A DNA stretch of 64,000 nucleotides from Chara braunii (Eukaryota > Plantae > Charophyceae): positions 2,073,224 through 2,137,223 of the forward strand of contig BFEA01000035.1 in assembly GCA_003427395.1 (NCBI GenBank), read 5' to 3'. Position numbers and translations under genes: made by a program. Under the pieces are notes generated by a model. That model did not search any database and had not been told where the DNA came from. It worked only from the letters and a program-made list of their open reading frames with translations. Of the stretch, positions 63,018 to 64,000 are shown one piece after another. Each line of letters opens with the position of its first letter. Position 1 is the first letter of the stretch.

Positions 63018-63490
63018 TCAAGGACACAAACACATACATCAAGGAGACCAATCCTGACTGCCTCAGCAGCTTGGGATTAATTATACCGAAGATGGCAGCA
63101 GCGCCAGGGGAAGCAGTGGGAGAGCTTGCTATGGCGGTGGGAGTGCTGCGGAGAGTACCAAAGCGCTAGGATCAATTGCACAAAGTCAAGGACACAAACA
63201 CATACATCGAGGATCCGAGACCAATCCTGACTGCCTCAGCAGTTTGGGATTAATTATACGGAAGATGGCAGCAGCGCCAACGGAAGCAGTGGGAGAGCTT
63301 GCTGTGGCGGTGGGACTGCTGCAGACAGTACCAAAGCGCTGGGATCAATGGCACGAAGGAGGGCAACAGCGACAGTACCAAGAGCGTGGGGATTCAAGTA
63401 CTCGAAGAGTGGCAGCAGCGCCAGCGTTAACAGTGGGAGTGGTTGCCATGGGGGCGGGAGTGCTGCCAACAGTACCTAGAGCACAGTGCT
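63018..63490. repeat. Imperfect tandem repeats (unit of about 175 bp plus partial copies)
   Basis: caaggacacaaacacatacatc...gaagatggcagcagcgcca...ggaagcagtgggagagcttgct is repeated. Confidence 0.8.
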
Positions 63491-63689
63491 GCCAGAACTA
63501 TCCAAGGTAGATGGATAGTCGGACTGCACAGGGCTGTTCGGGTAGGTTTTGGGTGGGATAATTCGTATTATGATGTTCTGTACCTGGTCTCTTCTAGCGT
63601 AGTAGATTCCTTGCTTTTTTTTCTTCTTTTTTTTTCAGATGGAATTTTATTTCGAACAGGCCTGGTGCCCAAGGCTTACATCAATGTAG

Positions 63690-64000
63690 CAGACGATTAG
63701 ATGAAAATAGCAGAGGGCAACTGGCCTCGGGTGCACTCTCCATCCCGAGCCATCCCTCTGTAGAAAACCAGAAAAAAATACTCATTTACAAGCATCTAGT
63801 CATTACTATGGAGAAGCTGGGACAGGATCTGGCGTCACATAGTCCCGGGTGCGGTCTGGCCATGGGACTGGAGGGCCCTTCTCTTGGGGTATTACCCTCC
63901 AATCTGGGGGAAGACATTTGAGGAAAACATGTTCAGCCTAGGCAGACGGAGTGTCCTGTGGACTATATGGTGGATAAGGTGCTGTCGTGAGATAGAGGGG
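63690..64000 (+). pseudogene. LINE ORF2 C-terminal fragment running off the window
   Basis: LWRSWDRIWRHIVPGAVWPWDWRALLLG...ENMFSLGRRSVLWTIWWIRC resembles LINE-E LWRWWDRIW...WPWNWKALL...NMFKRGRRAVLWALWRWRC. Confidence 0.8.

Overview
A eukaryotic, repeat-saturated window with about 5.3 kb of N-gaps and no recognisable intact host gene. The source is probably a streptophyte alga such as Chara; this is an inference from the plant-type nad5/cox3 fragments and the style of the transposon ORFs. The window is a nest of mobile elements. (i) At least seven L1-like LINE copies (APE-RT-zf-RVT), two of them near full length (about 510-14500 and about 34880-46548). (ii) Several minus-strand poly(A) retroposons with no RT that carry the same 3' RNA motif as the LINEs, a hairpin plus a predicted H-type pseudoknot with compensatory changes. 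(iii) Seven MITEs with 8-bp TSDs and unusual 5'-CT...AG-3' ends. (iv) A 9.6-kb PIF/Harbinger transposon with three ORFs (Myb/SANT, an unknown ORF, DDE transposase) plus a related MITE. (v) An open, in-frame chimeric nad5-cox3 mitochondrial insertion. (vi) A tRNA-derived tandem unit joined to a group II intron RT fragment. (vii) A 1.4-kb inversion that can be reconstructed from TSDs. (viii) A Nextera mate-pair adapter left in the assembly. Boundaries without TSD support are approximate.
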